Assembly: GCA_027320085.1 (NCBI GenBank)
Contig: DAHVLZ010000025.1
Coordinates: 1-14,430 of the forward strand
DNA: 14,430 nucleotides
Origin: Pseudomonadota bacterium
GTDB lineage: Bacteria > Pseudomonadota > Gammaproteobacteria > JAKAQQ01
Direction: 5' to 3'
The notes below the pieces were generated by a model. It was given only the letters and a program-made list of their open reading frames with translations, did no database searches and was not told where the DNA came from. The position numbers were made by a program, and so were the translations under genes. Below, one piece after another: positions 1 to 9,051 of this stretch. Position 1 is the first letter of the stretch, and each line of letters starts with the position of its first letter.

Positions 1-23
1 CAACTGTCGCCGCACCCATCCAT
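1..23 (-). CDS. Possible 5' end of a downstream gene running off the left edge (product unknown)
   Basis: Minus strand reads GGAG (34-31), 7 nt, ATG (23-21), and the frame stays open to position 1. An alternative ATG lies at 19-17. Only about 7 codons are visible. Confidence 0.3.
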
Positions 24-62
24 CGAGTGTCTCCAGAACCGACAGGCCGTGCGTGAGTTGGG

Positions 63-98
63 AAAAAGAAAACCCGTGGTTCCTTGCGGAACCACGGG
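63..98 (-). terminator. Rho-independent terminator of the TonB-dependent receptor gene
   Basis: Perfect 11-bp stem CCCGTGGTTCC (73-83) / GGAACCACGGG (88-98) with a 4-nt loop. On the minus strand it is followed by TTTTCTTTTT (72-63) and lies 30 nt past the receptor stop. Confidence 0.9.
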
Positions 99-128
99 CA
101 ATGTTCTTTTGTTGTCGTTATAGGATTC

Positions 129-3100
129 TTAGAAGCGCACCCCGATCCGTCCGTAGATGAAGCGTCCCGGGACCTCGTAGCCCAGGAAGGGCTGGTAGCT
201 GTTCGCGAAGGCCGTCATCGAGATCGGCGCATTCTTGTCGAACAGGTTCCGCACACCAACCGTGAAGTCGGCGTTCCACGCAGCCATGTTGTAGGTCAGC
301 TGGACGTTGTTGTAGACCGTCGTCCCGAGCCGGTTGAGCCCCTGGAAGCCCTGGGGTGAACCCGGCTTGGTGATGACGTCACTGCACCACCCGGTGCCGA
401 CCTGCGGGAAGCCAATCACGTACTTCGCCGAAGAGTCCTGGCAGATCTCGTACATCGGGCCGATGACGTTGATCGTCCAGTTGGCGGACCATGGGCCGTA
501 ATCCCAGTCGAGGAAGATGTTGTACTTGTGCTTGGGAATGAGCGAACTCACCGATCCGGCCGTCTCACGAGTGAACTCGGTCGGCTGGCCGGTGATACTG
601 CTGATTCCCGGGAAGGCGATGACGTAGTTCTTGGTGAACGTCGCATCCGCCATGACCGTGAAGTCACCGATCGGGGTCGAGGGGAGACGGTAGTTCAGGT
701 TGATGTCCCAGCCTTCCGTCTTGATCGATCCCACATTCTGGTCCAGGGCCAGGATGTTCGTGATCGGTCCATTTGTGTTGTAAGTGCCACCCGCACGCTG
801 GATCAGGTTGCAGTCCAGGCTGGCCTTGCTATAGCAGAAGTCCATGATGTTCTGCGGCCCGATGCCTCCCGTGATCGCATTCACCACCTCGACCTTGTAG
901 TAGTCGGCCGCGATGTTGAATCCCGGAATGTAGCTCGGGCTGTAGACCAGACCCACCGTCCGCGAGATCGCCCGTTCCGGCGTCAGGTTGGGGTTGCCGC
1001 CGATCGTGACCGGGATCTGGGTATTCGGCTGCGCAGCATGTGCCGGGCAGTTCGGAAGGCTCGGGTTGCTTACACAGGGATCCAGTAATGGATCGAAGCT
1101 CTGCCCCTGTCCCGCGAAGAAGTTGCTGATCGTGGGAATCCGGAAGCCCTGGGACCAGGTGGCCCGGAAGAGCAGGCTCCGGATGGGAGCATACTTGAAG
1201 CCGATCTTGCCCGACGTGTTATGCGCGTAGTGCTGCGGCACCGGCGTGATCGGGTTCGCGAACCCGGCCCAGGTGGCCTGCGTCCAGCGTTCCGCCACGT
1301 CGAAGGACAGGTGGTGGACCAGGAACACATCCCGCACGAGGGGTACGTTGAACTCGATGTACTCGGCATCCTGCGCCTCGCGTCCACTCGTGGGCTCGGC
1401 AATGTTGGAAGTCGCATCACCGGCCGCGATCAGGGGATCCGGCGTGAAGTAGCCGTTGTCCTCGAGGTACTCGTAACCCACGGCGACGCCCAGAGGGCCG
1501 GCCGGTAGGTTGACGATCGTTCCGGTCAGGTTGCCGGAATAATCGCGTTGCGTGACCGAGTCCACGTTGATGCTCGTGTAATCGATGTAGTTGGCCATGG
1601 CCGGGGTGATCGTCCCCTGCGCCGTGGACAGGTTGTAACCCCCGAAGAGATCGAGCGGTACGCAACCGGGCGTCGTCTGACAGGTCGAGAGCGGTCCCAG
1701 GGCCAGCTGGAGCCGGCTGGTGTTCTGGAGTCCGGTGGCCGTCCCGGTATTGTTCCGGTTGCCGTAGGAATAGTGGACGTTCCAGTTCCAGTCGTGCCCG
1801 ATGGCGCGGAAGTAGCCCTTGAGGCCGCCTTCGAAGAAGTAGGTCCGGACGTTGGTGTCGAAAACCCGGTACCCGGACTCGATCATGCGGCGTCCCAGGA
1901 AGAGGAGCGCATCACTGTGGGTCAGGCAGTTGGCCGTTCCGTAGAGCGTGCACCACGTGCTGTATCCCGCCGATCCCGGCGCATAAGGCACGAGGTCGAC
2001 GCCGAAGGGGTTGTACGGGTTCGTGGCCGAAATACCCACAAGGAGCCCGTTCGAGGAGTTGTCCGCACCGAACACCCCGAGGAAGAGCGGGTTCGGGGCC
2101 AGCACAGAGGCCGACACGCGGTCGTTGTAGAGGATCGTGGTGTCGAACTCGAGGTGCGAGTTGAAGTTGTAGTGGGCCTGCGTGTAGGCATACCACTGCT
2201 CGGAAGGCGTGAGCAGATAGTTGGCTGGCGCGTAGTTGTAGGCATCCGCAAGGCCGAAATCATGTGGATTGGCATTGGGGCCACTGAGGGGGCCAGACAG
2301 ATCGCAACCCGAAGAGGTATTGCCAGCCGTCGCCCCTGCCACCGAACTCGGCAAGCAGTTTGAGCCCGGGAGCGTGCTCGGGCCGAAGGGACCCTGCATG
2401 ATGAAGCGGCCGCCCGGGGTACCCGAACTGCCCAGAAGGAGTCCGGTCCCGATGAGTGGCAGCTGCCCCAGGGTGGTATTGGCCGCCCAGATCGGCTGCT
2501 GCTCACGGTAACCCACGCTCAAAAGGGCGCCTTCCTTGCTGTTGCTCGCCCCGATCGTGAAGTCATACTCCTGGAGCTTGCCGTCCCAGTGGGTCGCACC
2601 GGGAATCGTGCTCGTGATCCCGAGATTGGGATTCGCGGGAACCGAGGCATTGCTGTTCTCGTAGATTCCCATGTAGGCGTGAGCTTCCGCACCGTTGAAG
2701 TTCTGCACGGTGATGATGTTGATCACGCCCGCAATCGCGTCCGATCCGTAAATCGGTGAAGCACCGTCCAGGAGGACCTCGACCCGCGAGATGATCGCCG
2801 ACGGGATCGTGTTGAGGTCCACCGGTCCGCCCAAAGTCGGAATCCAGCGGTGACCGTTCACCAGGACCAGAACGCGCTGGGCACCCAGGTTGTGCAGGTC
2901 GACGAAGGTATCGCCGTCATTGCCGTTGTTGGTCTGGGCGTTGATAGCCGCCCCCGACTGCGAGATCGACTGGAGAATGTTCCCAATCGTGACCTCGCCG
3001 GTCAGGTTGAGCTGTTGGCGCGTGAGCACCACGACCGGTTGCGCTGTGACCGTACTCGTGCGCAGAATCCGAGAACCCACGACCTCGATTTTCTGGAGTT

Positions 3101-3212
3101 TCGTGGACTTCTTCCCCTGCGCCAGCGCTGCCGGTGCGGCGATAACTGCGGCGGATGCGCCAGCCACGAGGGCCCCGCGTACCGCCTGCCGCACGAGATT
3201 TCGCTGTTTCAT
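129..3212 (-). CDS. TonB-dependent outer membrane receptor, 1027 aa
   Basis: Signal peptide ending in APAALA, TonB-box-like [11 protein letters not shown], plug motifs ([50 protein letters not shown]), barrel motifs ([20 protein letters not shown]), C-terminal Phe ([12 protein letters not shown]). GGAGG SD lies upstream of the ATG. Confidence 0.96.
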   Translation of the reverse strand: MKQRNLVRQAVRGALVAGASAAVIAAPAALAQGKKSTKLQKIEVVGSRILRTSTVTAQPVVVLTRQQLNLTGEVTIGNILQSISQSGAAINAQTNNGNDGDTFVDLHNLGAQRVLVLVNGHRWIPTLGGPVDLNTIPSAIISRVEVLLDGASPIYGSDAIAGVINIITVQNFNGAEAHAYMGIYENSNASVPANPNLGITSTIPGATHWDGKLQEYDFTIGASNSKEGALLSVGYREQQPIWAANTTLGQLPLIGTGLLLGSSGTPGGRFIMQGPFGPSTLPGSNCLPSSVAGATAGNTSSGCDLSGPLSGPNANPHDFGLADAYNYAPANYLLTPSEQWYAYTQAHYNFNSHLEFDTTILYNDRVSASVLAPNPLFLGVFGADNSSNGLLVGISATNPYNPFGVDLVPYAPGSAGYSTWCTLYGTANCLTHSDALLFLGRRMIESGYRVFDTNVRTYFFEGGLKGYFRAIGHDWNWNVHYSYGNRNNTGTATGLQNTSRLQLALGPLSTCQTTPGCVPLDLFGGYNLSTAQGTITPAMANYIDYTSINVDSVTQRDYSGNLTGTIVNLPAGPLGVAVGYEYLEDNGYFTPDPLIAAGDATSNIAEPTSGREAQDAEYIEFNVPLVRDVFLVHHLSFDVAERWTQATWAGFANPITPVPQHYAHNTSGKIGFKYAPIRSLLFRATWSQGFRIPTISNFFAGQGQSFDPLLDPCVSNPSLPNCPAHAAQPNTQIPVTIGGNPNLTPERAISRTVGLVYSPSYIPGFNIAADYYKVEVVNAITGGIGPQNIMDFCYSKASLDCNLIQRAGGTYNTNGPITNILALDQNVGSIKTEGWDINLNYRLPSTPIGDFTVMADATFTKNYVIAFPGISSITGQPTEFTRETAGSVSSLIPKHKYNIFLDWDYGPWSANWTINVIGPMYEICQDSSAKYVIGFPQVGTGWCSDVITKPGSPQGFQGLNRLGTTVYNNVQLTYNMAAWNADFTVGVRNLFDKNAPISMTAFANSYQPFLGYEVPGRFIYGRIGVRF

Positions 3213-3273
3213 TGTGTATTAGCCTCCACATGTGGTGAGGTTGAAATGCCTTGGCGCGACCAAGGATGTGGTG

Positions 3274-3301
3274 AGCATACCACGTGTAGCACGACTGTCA
3301 A
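3274..3301 (-). promoter_or_regulatory. sigma70-type promoter for the receptor gene
   Basis: Minus strand has a perfect TTGACA (3301-3296), a 16-nt spacer ending in TGG (extended -10 TGn), then TATGCT (3279-3274). Predicted start is near 3267. Confidence 0.7.
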
Positions 3302-3390
3302 GCCCCCCAGGCAGACCCGTTTTTTCTGTCCTTGAGTTGGATGGAACCGGGATTGGGCAGCAAATACAGAAGCGGTTTGTGTTCCAAAAG

Positions 3391-3436
3391 CAACATAAAT
3401 ATGTTGTTATGATGCAACACCAGCATCTGATACAAT
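3391..3436 (+). promoter_or_regulatory. Candidate promoter/operator of the sulfotransferase operon
   Basis: AT-rich tract with the palindrome CAACATA-AA-TATGTTG (3391-3406) and two extended -10-like elements, TGtTATGAT (3405-3413) and TGaTACAAT (3428-3436). No clear -35. Confidence 0.45.
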
Positions 3437-3464
3437 CCGGATCGCATTGAAATGGCAGGGCAAC

Positions 3465-5003
3465 ATGTCTCAGGCGGGCCTTCCTCCTCCCTTTACCTAT
3501 TCCGGTTCGGAAGAGCCGACGGTCACTCCGACTCCAACCGACATCTATCTCTGGGGTAACGAGTATCGCCGACAGGGAGATCATGAGGCCGCCGAAAATG
3601 CCCTCCGGAGTGCGCTTTCACAGGATCCCGGGCTTTTCGAAGCCCGGTTGAGCCTGGCCTTCCTGTACCGGGACCAGGGACGGATGGAAGATGCGGCCCG
3701 TCTTTTCGACGTCTGGCTCAAGACCCGGCCAACCGACGCCGTCCTCTGCGGCCAAGTGGCCCATTTTCTCGAGAGCCTGGGTGATTCCGAGCGTGCACTG
3801 GCCTGTCTCGACTCGGCAATCCAGATCGACCCGAACCTTGTCCAGGCCTGGTTCGAGCGGGGTCGTCTTCTGCTTGCGCTCGGACGCTTCGAGGAAGCCG
3901 CCCGGAGCCTCGGTCGGACCCTAGAACTCGCCCCCGATCACGATGCGGCCCACCTTCTGATCGTCCAGACCCGCCGCTTTAGCCCAGACGACCCCCTGAT
4001 CCCCTTCCTTGAAGCCCAAGCCACCCGGTCGCCGGTTTCGGATTCCACCCAGGCCTGCCTGCACTTTGCCTTGGGCAAGGTTTACGACGACCTCGGACAG
4101 TGGGGGCGGGCTCTCACCGAAATCGAAGAAGCCAACCGCATCCGGCGCGGCATGACCCGCTTCCCGAAGGCGGAACGAAAGACAGAACTGGACCTCAACC
4201 TCGCCCTCCCCCCCGGTGCCTGGGCCCCGGCGGCGGGCCCACCGGCCGAGCCCCTGCCCCTTTTCATCGTCGGATTACCGCGGGCAGGAACCACACTGGT
4301 CGAAAGCCTGCTCTTGAGCCATCCTGCAGTTTCTTCAGCAGGCGAACTGGACACCCTGGGGCAGCTCGTCGATGGCTGCCGCCTGGTCGAGCGCTGGCGG
4401 GCAGCGCTGGATGCCACAACCGTTCCGGACGGGCTCACTGACATGGAACGCGAGGTCGTCGAGTGTTACCAAGCCGCACTCGCCCGCTATCGGAGTCACG
4501 AGTGCCACTACGTGATCGACAAGAACCCGCTCAATTTCTGGCATGCCGGGGCGATCCGTAAACTCTTTCCCGGGGCACGGATCCTGGCCGTCGAACGCGA
4601 CCCCCGTGATGTTCTGGTCTCCCTTTATTTCCAGAACTTCGATCACCCCACACTCGACTTTTCCTACTCCATCGAGGACATCCTGTTCTACCTCCGGGCC
4701 CATAACCTGCTCATGGCACACTGGAGGCGCTGCCTCGGAACCAGCCTCCGAACCGTGCGTTACGAAACCCTGGTCGGAGAACCGGCCACGGTCGTCGACG
4801 AACTCATCTCCTGGCTCGGCCTACCCACCCCAGGAGTCGACACGGGCCATCAGGCGGAGCGTGCGATCCGCACGGCCAGTGCCTTCCAGGCCCGGCAACC
4901 GGTCTACCAGCACTCGGTCGGGCGGTGGAAACCCTACGCCCGGATGCTCAGGGAGCGGCATCCGGAACTTGCCTCCTGGGGATTCTCCGATGAGTCGGCC
5001 TGA
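3465..5003 (+). CDS. TPR-repeat sulfotransferase 1 (TPST-like/Sulfotransfer_3-type domain)
   Basis: N-terminal TPR-like repeats (e.g. AWFERGRLLLALGRFEEAARSLGRTLELAP). PAPS 5'-loop PLFIVGLPRAGTT, DKNPLN, 3'-PB motif RDPRDVLVSLY, C-terminal RTASAFQARQPVY..SVGRWK. ATG 3465 preferred over TTG 3447. Confidence 0.9.
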   Translation: MSQAGLPPPFTYSGSEEPTVTPTPTDIYLWGNEYRRQGDHEAAENALRSALSQDPGLFEARLSLAFLYRDQGRMEDAARLFDVWLKTRPTDAVLCGQVAHFLESLGDSERALACLDSAIQIDPNLVQAWFERGRLLLALGRFEEAARSLGRTLELAPDHDAAHLLIVQTRRFSPDDPLIPFLEAQATRSPVSDSTQACLHFALGKVYDDLGQWGRALTEIEEANRIRRGMTRFPKAERKTELDLNLALPPGAWAPAAGPPAEPLPLFIVGLPRAGTTLVESLLLSHPAVSSAGELDTLGQLVDGCRLVERWRAALDATTVPDGLTDMEREVVECYQAALARYRSHECHYVIDKNPLNFWHAGAIRKLFPGARILAVERDPRDVLVSLYFQNFDHPTLDFSYSIEDILFYLRAHNLLMAHWRRCLGTSLRTVRYETLVGEPATVVDELISWLGLPTPGVDTGHQAERAIRTASAFQARQPVYQHSVGRWKPYARMLRERHPELASWGFSDESA

Positions 5004-6837
5004 AACCGTGGTGCCGCAACCGGGCATGCTCGAGACGGGCTTGCGCGAGGCGGTTTCCCTCATGCAACAGGGACACCAGGAAGCGGCCCAGAAGCGCTTC
5101 TCCGCACTCCTCGCCACCGGGACGTCGTGGCCCCCCCTCTTCCACTTCGCCGGGCTCAATGCCATCGAACGCGGACAGGCTGACGATGGGCTTCAGCTGT
5201 TGCGCCGCTCGATCGAGCTCGCCCCCCACGATCTGGCGTTCCAGAACAACCTGGCCAATGCCCTGGTCCGCCTGAAGCGCTGGAAGGAGGCGGAAGACCT
5301 GACCCGGCCGCTTCTCAACCAGGACCCCCGGAATCCCAAGCTGCTCTTCGCCCTGGCCAACCTGCTCCACCTGACCGCGCGGGATGGGGAGGCCACCGTC
5401 TATTGGAGAGCCTGCCTGGAAGTCGCCCCCGACTGGCCCCAGGTCTGGCTCGGGCTCGGGGAAACCCTCGCGGAGTTGGGTGATACCGAAGGCGCCGAGA
5501 AAGCCTACGAACAGGCCCAGAAGTACCGCCCCGCCGACCCCCTGATCCGGACCGCCCGGGCCGATGTACTGGCCCAGGATGACCAGAACGAAGCCGAGCT
5601 TGATCGCGCCCGGGCCCTCTACGAGGAGGCGCTCCGGCTCAAGCCCGGTTTCGAGCCGGCCGAGGCCGGTCTCGCAGGTCTTGAAGGGCAGCATGGCCAG
5701 TTTGACCAGGCGCTCGAGCGTCTGCGACGGATGCTCCGGGCCTCCCCGCCTTCCTACCTCGCAACCTGGCTCCTCGCCCGTTTCAAGCGTTTTCAAGCCG
5801 GCGATCCGGACCTCAAGCTCATCGAGCCCCTCCTGTCCAAGGCCCGATCGGAACCCCACAATCCCATGGCCCACCACGTCCTCTTCGCCTGGGGCAAGAT
5901 CCTTGAGGACCTGGGAGACTACGAGGCCGCCTGGCAAGCCTATGTGGAGGGACAATCGCTCAAGCCGGATGACAATTCCTATTCGGAAGGCGTCCAGCGC
6001 CAGTACCTGAGACTGCTCCGCGATGCAACGGATGCCACCTTCCTCGAAAAAAACCAGATCCTGGAACCGGCACCGGTCCGTCCGCTCTACATCGTGGGCA
6101 TGCCCCGCTCGGGAACGACCCTGATCGAGCAGATGCTCTCGGTCCACCCGTCGGTCACAACCACAGGCGAGATGATCGCCCTCCAGAACAGCGTGCGACA
6201 CGGTCTCGACATCGCTGACCTGAGCCAGTTGCCCTACGCGTTCAACCCGCTCAAGCCGACCGCCTGGCGACGGCTCCGGGCCGAGGTGGACCGGCTCTAC
6301 GCAGAACGGAGCGGGGGCCGGGGCGTCCTCACGGACAAGATGCCGAGCAACTTCATGAATGTGGGCTGGCTCGCCGCGCTCTACCCCGACGCGCGCTTCC
6401 TCCATATCCAGCGCGACCCGCGCGACACCTGTGTCTCCTGTTACACGACCCTGTTCCGGAGCAGCCAGAAATTTTCCTCCAACCTGACCCACCTGGGCCA
6501 TTACTACCGCATGTACGAGACCCTGATGGAGGGGTGGCGCAGCTTCCTGCCCCCCGCCCGCCTGCTCGAGATCCGCTACGAGGAACTCGTGGAAAATCCG
6601 AAGGAGATCCTGGAGCGGGTCCTCCACTTCGCGGAACTCCCCTGGCACGAGGAATGCCTCCATCCCGAACACGCCACCCACCGGATCCGGACGGCCAGTA
6701 TCTACCAGGCGCGCCAGCCGATCCGCACCGGTTCGATCGGGCGCTGGAAGCGTTTTACCTCCCACCTGGGCCCTCTCGAGCAAGCCCTCACCATCACCCA
6801 TCCGCTCGAGGACAATCCCCCGGCCGGGCCGGTATAA
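4990..6837 (+). CDS. TPR-repeat sulfotransferase 2
   Basis: ATG 4990 overlaps the previous gene by 14 nt (alternative ATG 5026). Multiple TPRs, PLYIVGMPRSGTTLIEQML, DKMPSN, RDPRDTCVSCY, RTASIYQARQPI..SIGRWK. Confidence 0.92.
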   Translation: MSRPETVVPQPGMLETGLREAVSLMQQGHQEAAQKRFSALLATGTSWPPLFHFAGLNAIERGQADDGLQLLRRSIELAPHDLAFQNNLANALVRLKRWKEAEDLTRPLLNQDPRNPKLLFALANLLHLTARDGEATVYWRACLEVAPDWPQVWLGLGETLAELGDTEGAEKAYEQAQKYRPADPLIRTARADVLAQDDQNEAELDRARALYEEALRLKPGFEPAEAGLAGLEGQHGQFDQALERLRRMLRASPPSYLATWLLARFKRFQAGDPDLKLIEPLLSKARSEPHNPMAHHVLFAWGKILEDLGDYEAAWQAYVEGQSLKPDDNSYSEGVQRQYLRLLRDATDATFLEKNQILEPAPVRPLYIVGMPRSGTTLIEQMLSVHPSVTTTGEMIALQNSVRHGLDIADLSQLPYAFNPLKPTAWRRLRAEVDRLYAERSGGRGVLTDKMPSNFMNVGWLAALYPDARFLHIQRDPRDTCVSCYTTLFRSSQKFSSNLTHLGHYYRMYETLMEGWRSFLPPARLLEIRYEELVENPKEILERVLHFAELPWHEECLHPEHATHRIRTASIYQARQPIRTGSIGRWKRFTSHLGPLEQALTITHPLEDNPPAGPV

Positions 6838-6873
6838 TCGGACTATCCAACCTTCTCGTGACGGTCACCGGCT

Positions 6874-7317
6874 GTGGATGATTCCGATCCGCTCGCACTC
6901 GAAACCGCCTTGGGCCAAGTCGGCGAGGAGGCCGAGTCGCGGGGAGCGGCGCTCATCGCCTTCGTGAAAGCCCGGGTCTGGGTGCTGGCCGACCGCGATC
7001 CGGGGAGCGACCCCGAAGCACTCAAGAGCGCGCAGCTGTCCCTGGTCTCGGACGGACCCAATCAGAAGCAGGCCATGCTCGCCGTTTTTTCCTCGCCCGA
7101 ACGGGCCGGGCGCTTCCTCAAGGATCACGGCGGAGCCCCCCAAGTCATCGCGGTCGAAGGCCCCTTCGCGATCCTCGCGGTCCCGTCGCAGGCCGGCATC
7201 GTCATCAATCCCAACCAGAATCCCTCCTTCCGGATCGGTCCGGAAGCGGTTTCCTACCTCAAGGACGAGATGGCCCACGCCCGCGACCGCTACGGGTCGA
7301 CCCCCACGCCCCCATGA
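6874..7317 (+). CDS. SseB-family (SseB N-terminal domain) protein, 147 aa
   Basis: Motifs LAVFSSPERA and GIVINP, and the size, match my recollection of the SseB domain. It fills the operon gap and its stop overlaps the next start (ATGA 7314-7317). The GTG start lacks an obvious SD. Confidence 0.7.
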   Translation: MDDSDPLALETALGQVGEEAESRGAALIAFVKARVWVLADRDPGSDPEALKSAQLSLVSDGPNQKQAMLAVFSSPERAGRFLKDHGGAPQVIAVEGPFAILAVPSQAGIVINPNQNPSFRIGPEAVSYLKDEMAHARDRYGSTPTPP

Positions 7318-9044
7318 ATACCAGCCGCAGTCCCCGTCCTCCGGGCGGGGACCTGGAAACCCTGAGGGCCCATCTCGAGCGTTCCGACTACACGGCGGCG
7401 GAAGCCGTGGTCCAAAATCTCCTCGCGCGATATCCCGCAGATTTCGAGATCCTCTACCTGGCCGGTGTCACCGCTTCCCGCAGGGGTCTCACCGAGGAGG
7501 CCATCGGCCGCTTCGAACGTGCCCTGGCCCGTGCCCCGGACCGGAAGACCCGGTCGGCGATCCTTCAGGCAATCGGAAAATCACACTGGGCGCTTTTGAG
7601 GCTTGAGCTGGCCGAGGCCGCGTTCACCCAAGCGACCCAGCTCGCACCGGACGATGCCAATCCCTGGATTGATCTCGGAGCGGTCAGAAAGAGTCTCGGC
7701 GATGCGGTCCACGCCCTGGACAGCTTCACAACAGCCCTCGCCATCGACCCGGATTCGGTTGAAGCGCGGATCGGGGTCGGAGTCTGCGAAATCGACCTCG
7801 GTCGGATCACGGAGGGCCGCCAATCGCTCGAGGCGGTCCTCACGATGGCGCCGGGTCACCCCGAGGCCGAAAACGGTCTCGCGCTCCTGGACCAGAGCGA
7901 GGGACGGCTCGGAGACGCCGAAGCGCGGCTCCTCCGTCTCCTCGAGGCGCATCCTGAACAGATGGGGGCCTTCGGCCTGGCCTCGCTCCGGACCTTCGAG
8001 GGCGAGGACGATCCCCGTCTGCGACTCCTCGAAGCACGCCAGACAAACCCCGAATGGATGAGGGCACCCGAGATCGTCCAGATCGACCTCGACTATGCAC
8101 TGGCCAAGGCGGACCATGACCTCGGGCGGTTTGGACCAGCCTTCTCCCGCCTCGCCCAAGCCTCCCAACGACGTCGGCAGCTTTTTTCCTTCGACGTCGG
8201 CCGGGAGGAGGAGCGTCTCGAACGGATTGCCACTCTCTTCACCCGGAACTTTATCGAGCACTACCGTCTTCACCAAGATGACCTTCCGTCGCGCCCGATC
8301 TTCATCGTGGGGCTGCCCCGCTCGGGCTCGACGCTCCTCGAACACCTGCTCGCCGGGCATCCCCAGATCACAGCCGCAGGCGAACGCCTGATTCTGCCGC
8401 GTCTCGCAACCGATCTCAGCCTGTCCTGGGGACGCCTTCCCGGCTTCCCCTCCGCGCTAACCCCGGGCGGCGCGGAAAACGACCTCCGGACAGTCGCCCA
8501 CCGATACTACGATGCCTTGCAGGGCAGCCGGGGAGCGCTGCCCAGTGCGGCTTTCACGGACAAGTTTCTCGGCAACTTCCAGTTTGTCGGACTCATCCGG
8601 ATGGCGTTCCCGGAGGCCCGGGTCATTCATCTCCAAAGACACCCGCTCGATCAGGCGCTTTCGGCCTACCGTCAGCTCTTCACCTACGGTCATCCCTACA
8701 CCTACGATCTCACCGAGTTCGGACGTTACTACATCGCCTACCGGCGTCTCATCACCCACTGGCAGTCGGTCGCAGGAGAGATCCTTCACGAGATGTCCTA
8801 CGAGGCGCTCGTGGGAGACCCGGAGGCGATGTTGCGACCACTGCTCGACTTCCTCGACCTGCCTTTCGATCCCGCCTGTCTTGAAACGGGCACCCGGACC
8901 CATCTGCCACGCACCGCAAGCGCGATCCAGGTCCAGTCTCCCATCCACGAGGATTCCGTCGGGGTGTGGAAACGCTACCGCGAGGAACTCGAACCCCTGA
9001 GGTCGGCCCTTTCCTCCTGGATCCCCCAGGAGACCTCTGGCTGA
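7314..9044 (+). CDS. TPR-repeat sulfotransferase 3
   Basis: Multiple TPRs, PIFIVGLPRSGSTLLEHLLAGHP, DKFLGN, RHPLDQALSAY, RTASAIQVQSPI..SVGVWK. Confidence 0.92.
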   Translation: MNTSRSPRPPGGDLETLRAHLERSDYTAAEAVVQNLLARYPADFEILYLAGVTASRRGLTEEAIGRFERALARAPDRKTRSAILQAIGKSHWALLRLELAEAAFTQATQLAPDDANPWIDLGAVRKSLGDAVHALDSFTTALAIDPDSVEARIGVGVCEIDLGRITEGRQSLEAVLTMAPGHPEAENGLALLDQSEGRLGDAEARLLRLLEAHPEQMGAFGLASLRTFEGEDDPRLRLLEARQTNPEWMRAPEIVQIDLDYALAKADHDLGRFGPAFSRLAQASQRRRQLFSFDVGREEERLERIATLFTRNFIEHYRLHQDDLPSRPIFIVGLPRSGSTLLEHLLAGHPQITAAGERLILPRLATDLSLSWGRLPGFPSALTPGGAENDLRTVAHRYYDALQGSRGALPSAAFTDKFLGNFQFVGLIRMAFPEARVIHLQRHPLDQALSAYRQLFTYGHPYTYDLTEFGRYYIAYRRLITHWQSVAGEILHEMSYEALVGDPEAMLRPLLDFLDLPFDPACLETGTRTHLPRTASAIQVQSPIHEDSVGVWKRYREELEPLRSALSSWIPQETSG

Positions 9045-9051
9045 GCGGTTC

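Noticed and set aside
3213-3464. Cobalamin/TPP riboswitch or Fur box upstream of the receptor
   Set aside because: The predicted leader is only ~55 nt and lacks the conserved riboswitch motifs. No GATAATGATAATCATTATC-like box was seen.
4543-4989. 149-aa N-terminal extension of the 764-aa ORF
   Set aside because: It overlaps the catalytic domain of sulfotransferase 1 in another frame and is low-complexity S/P/T/R. ATG 4990 gives a normal coupled start.
4948-6801. 617-aa antisense ORF
   Set aside because: Shadow of sulfotransferase 2 caused by GC-rich codon bias, with no recognisable motifs.
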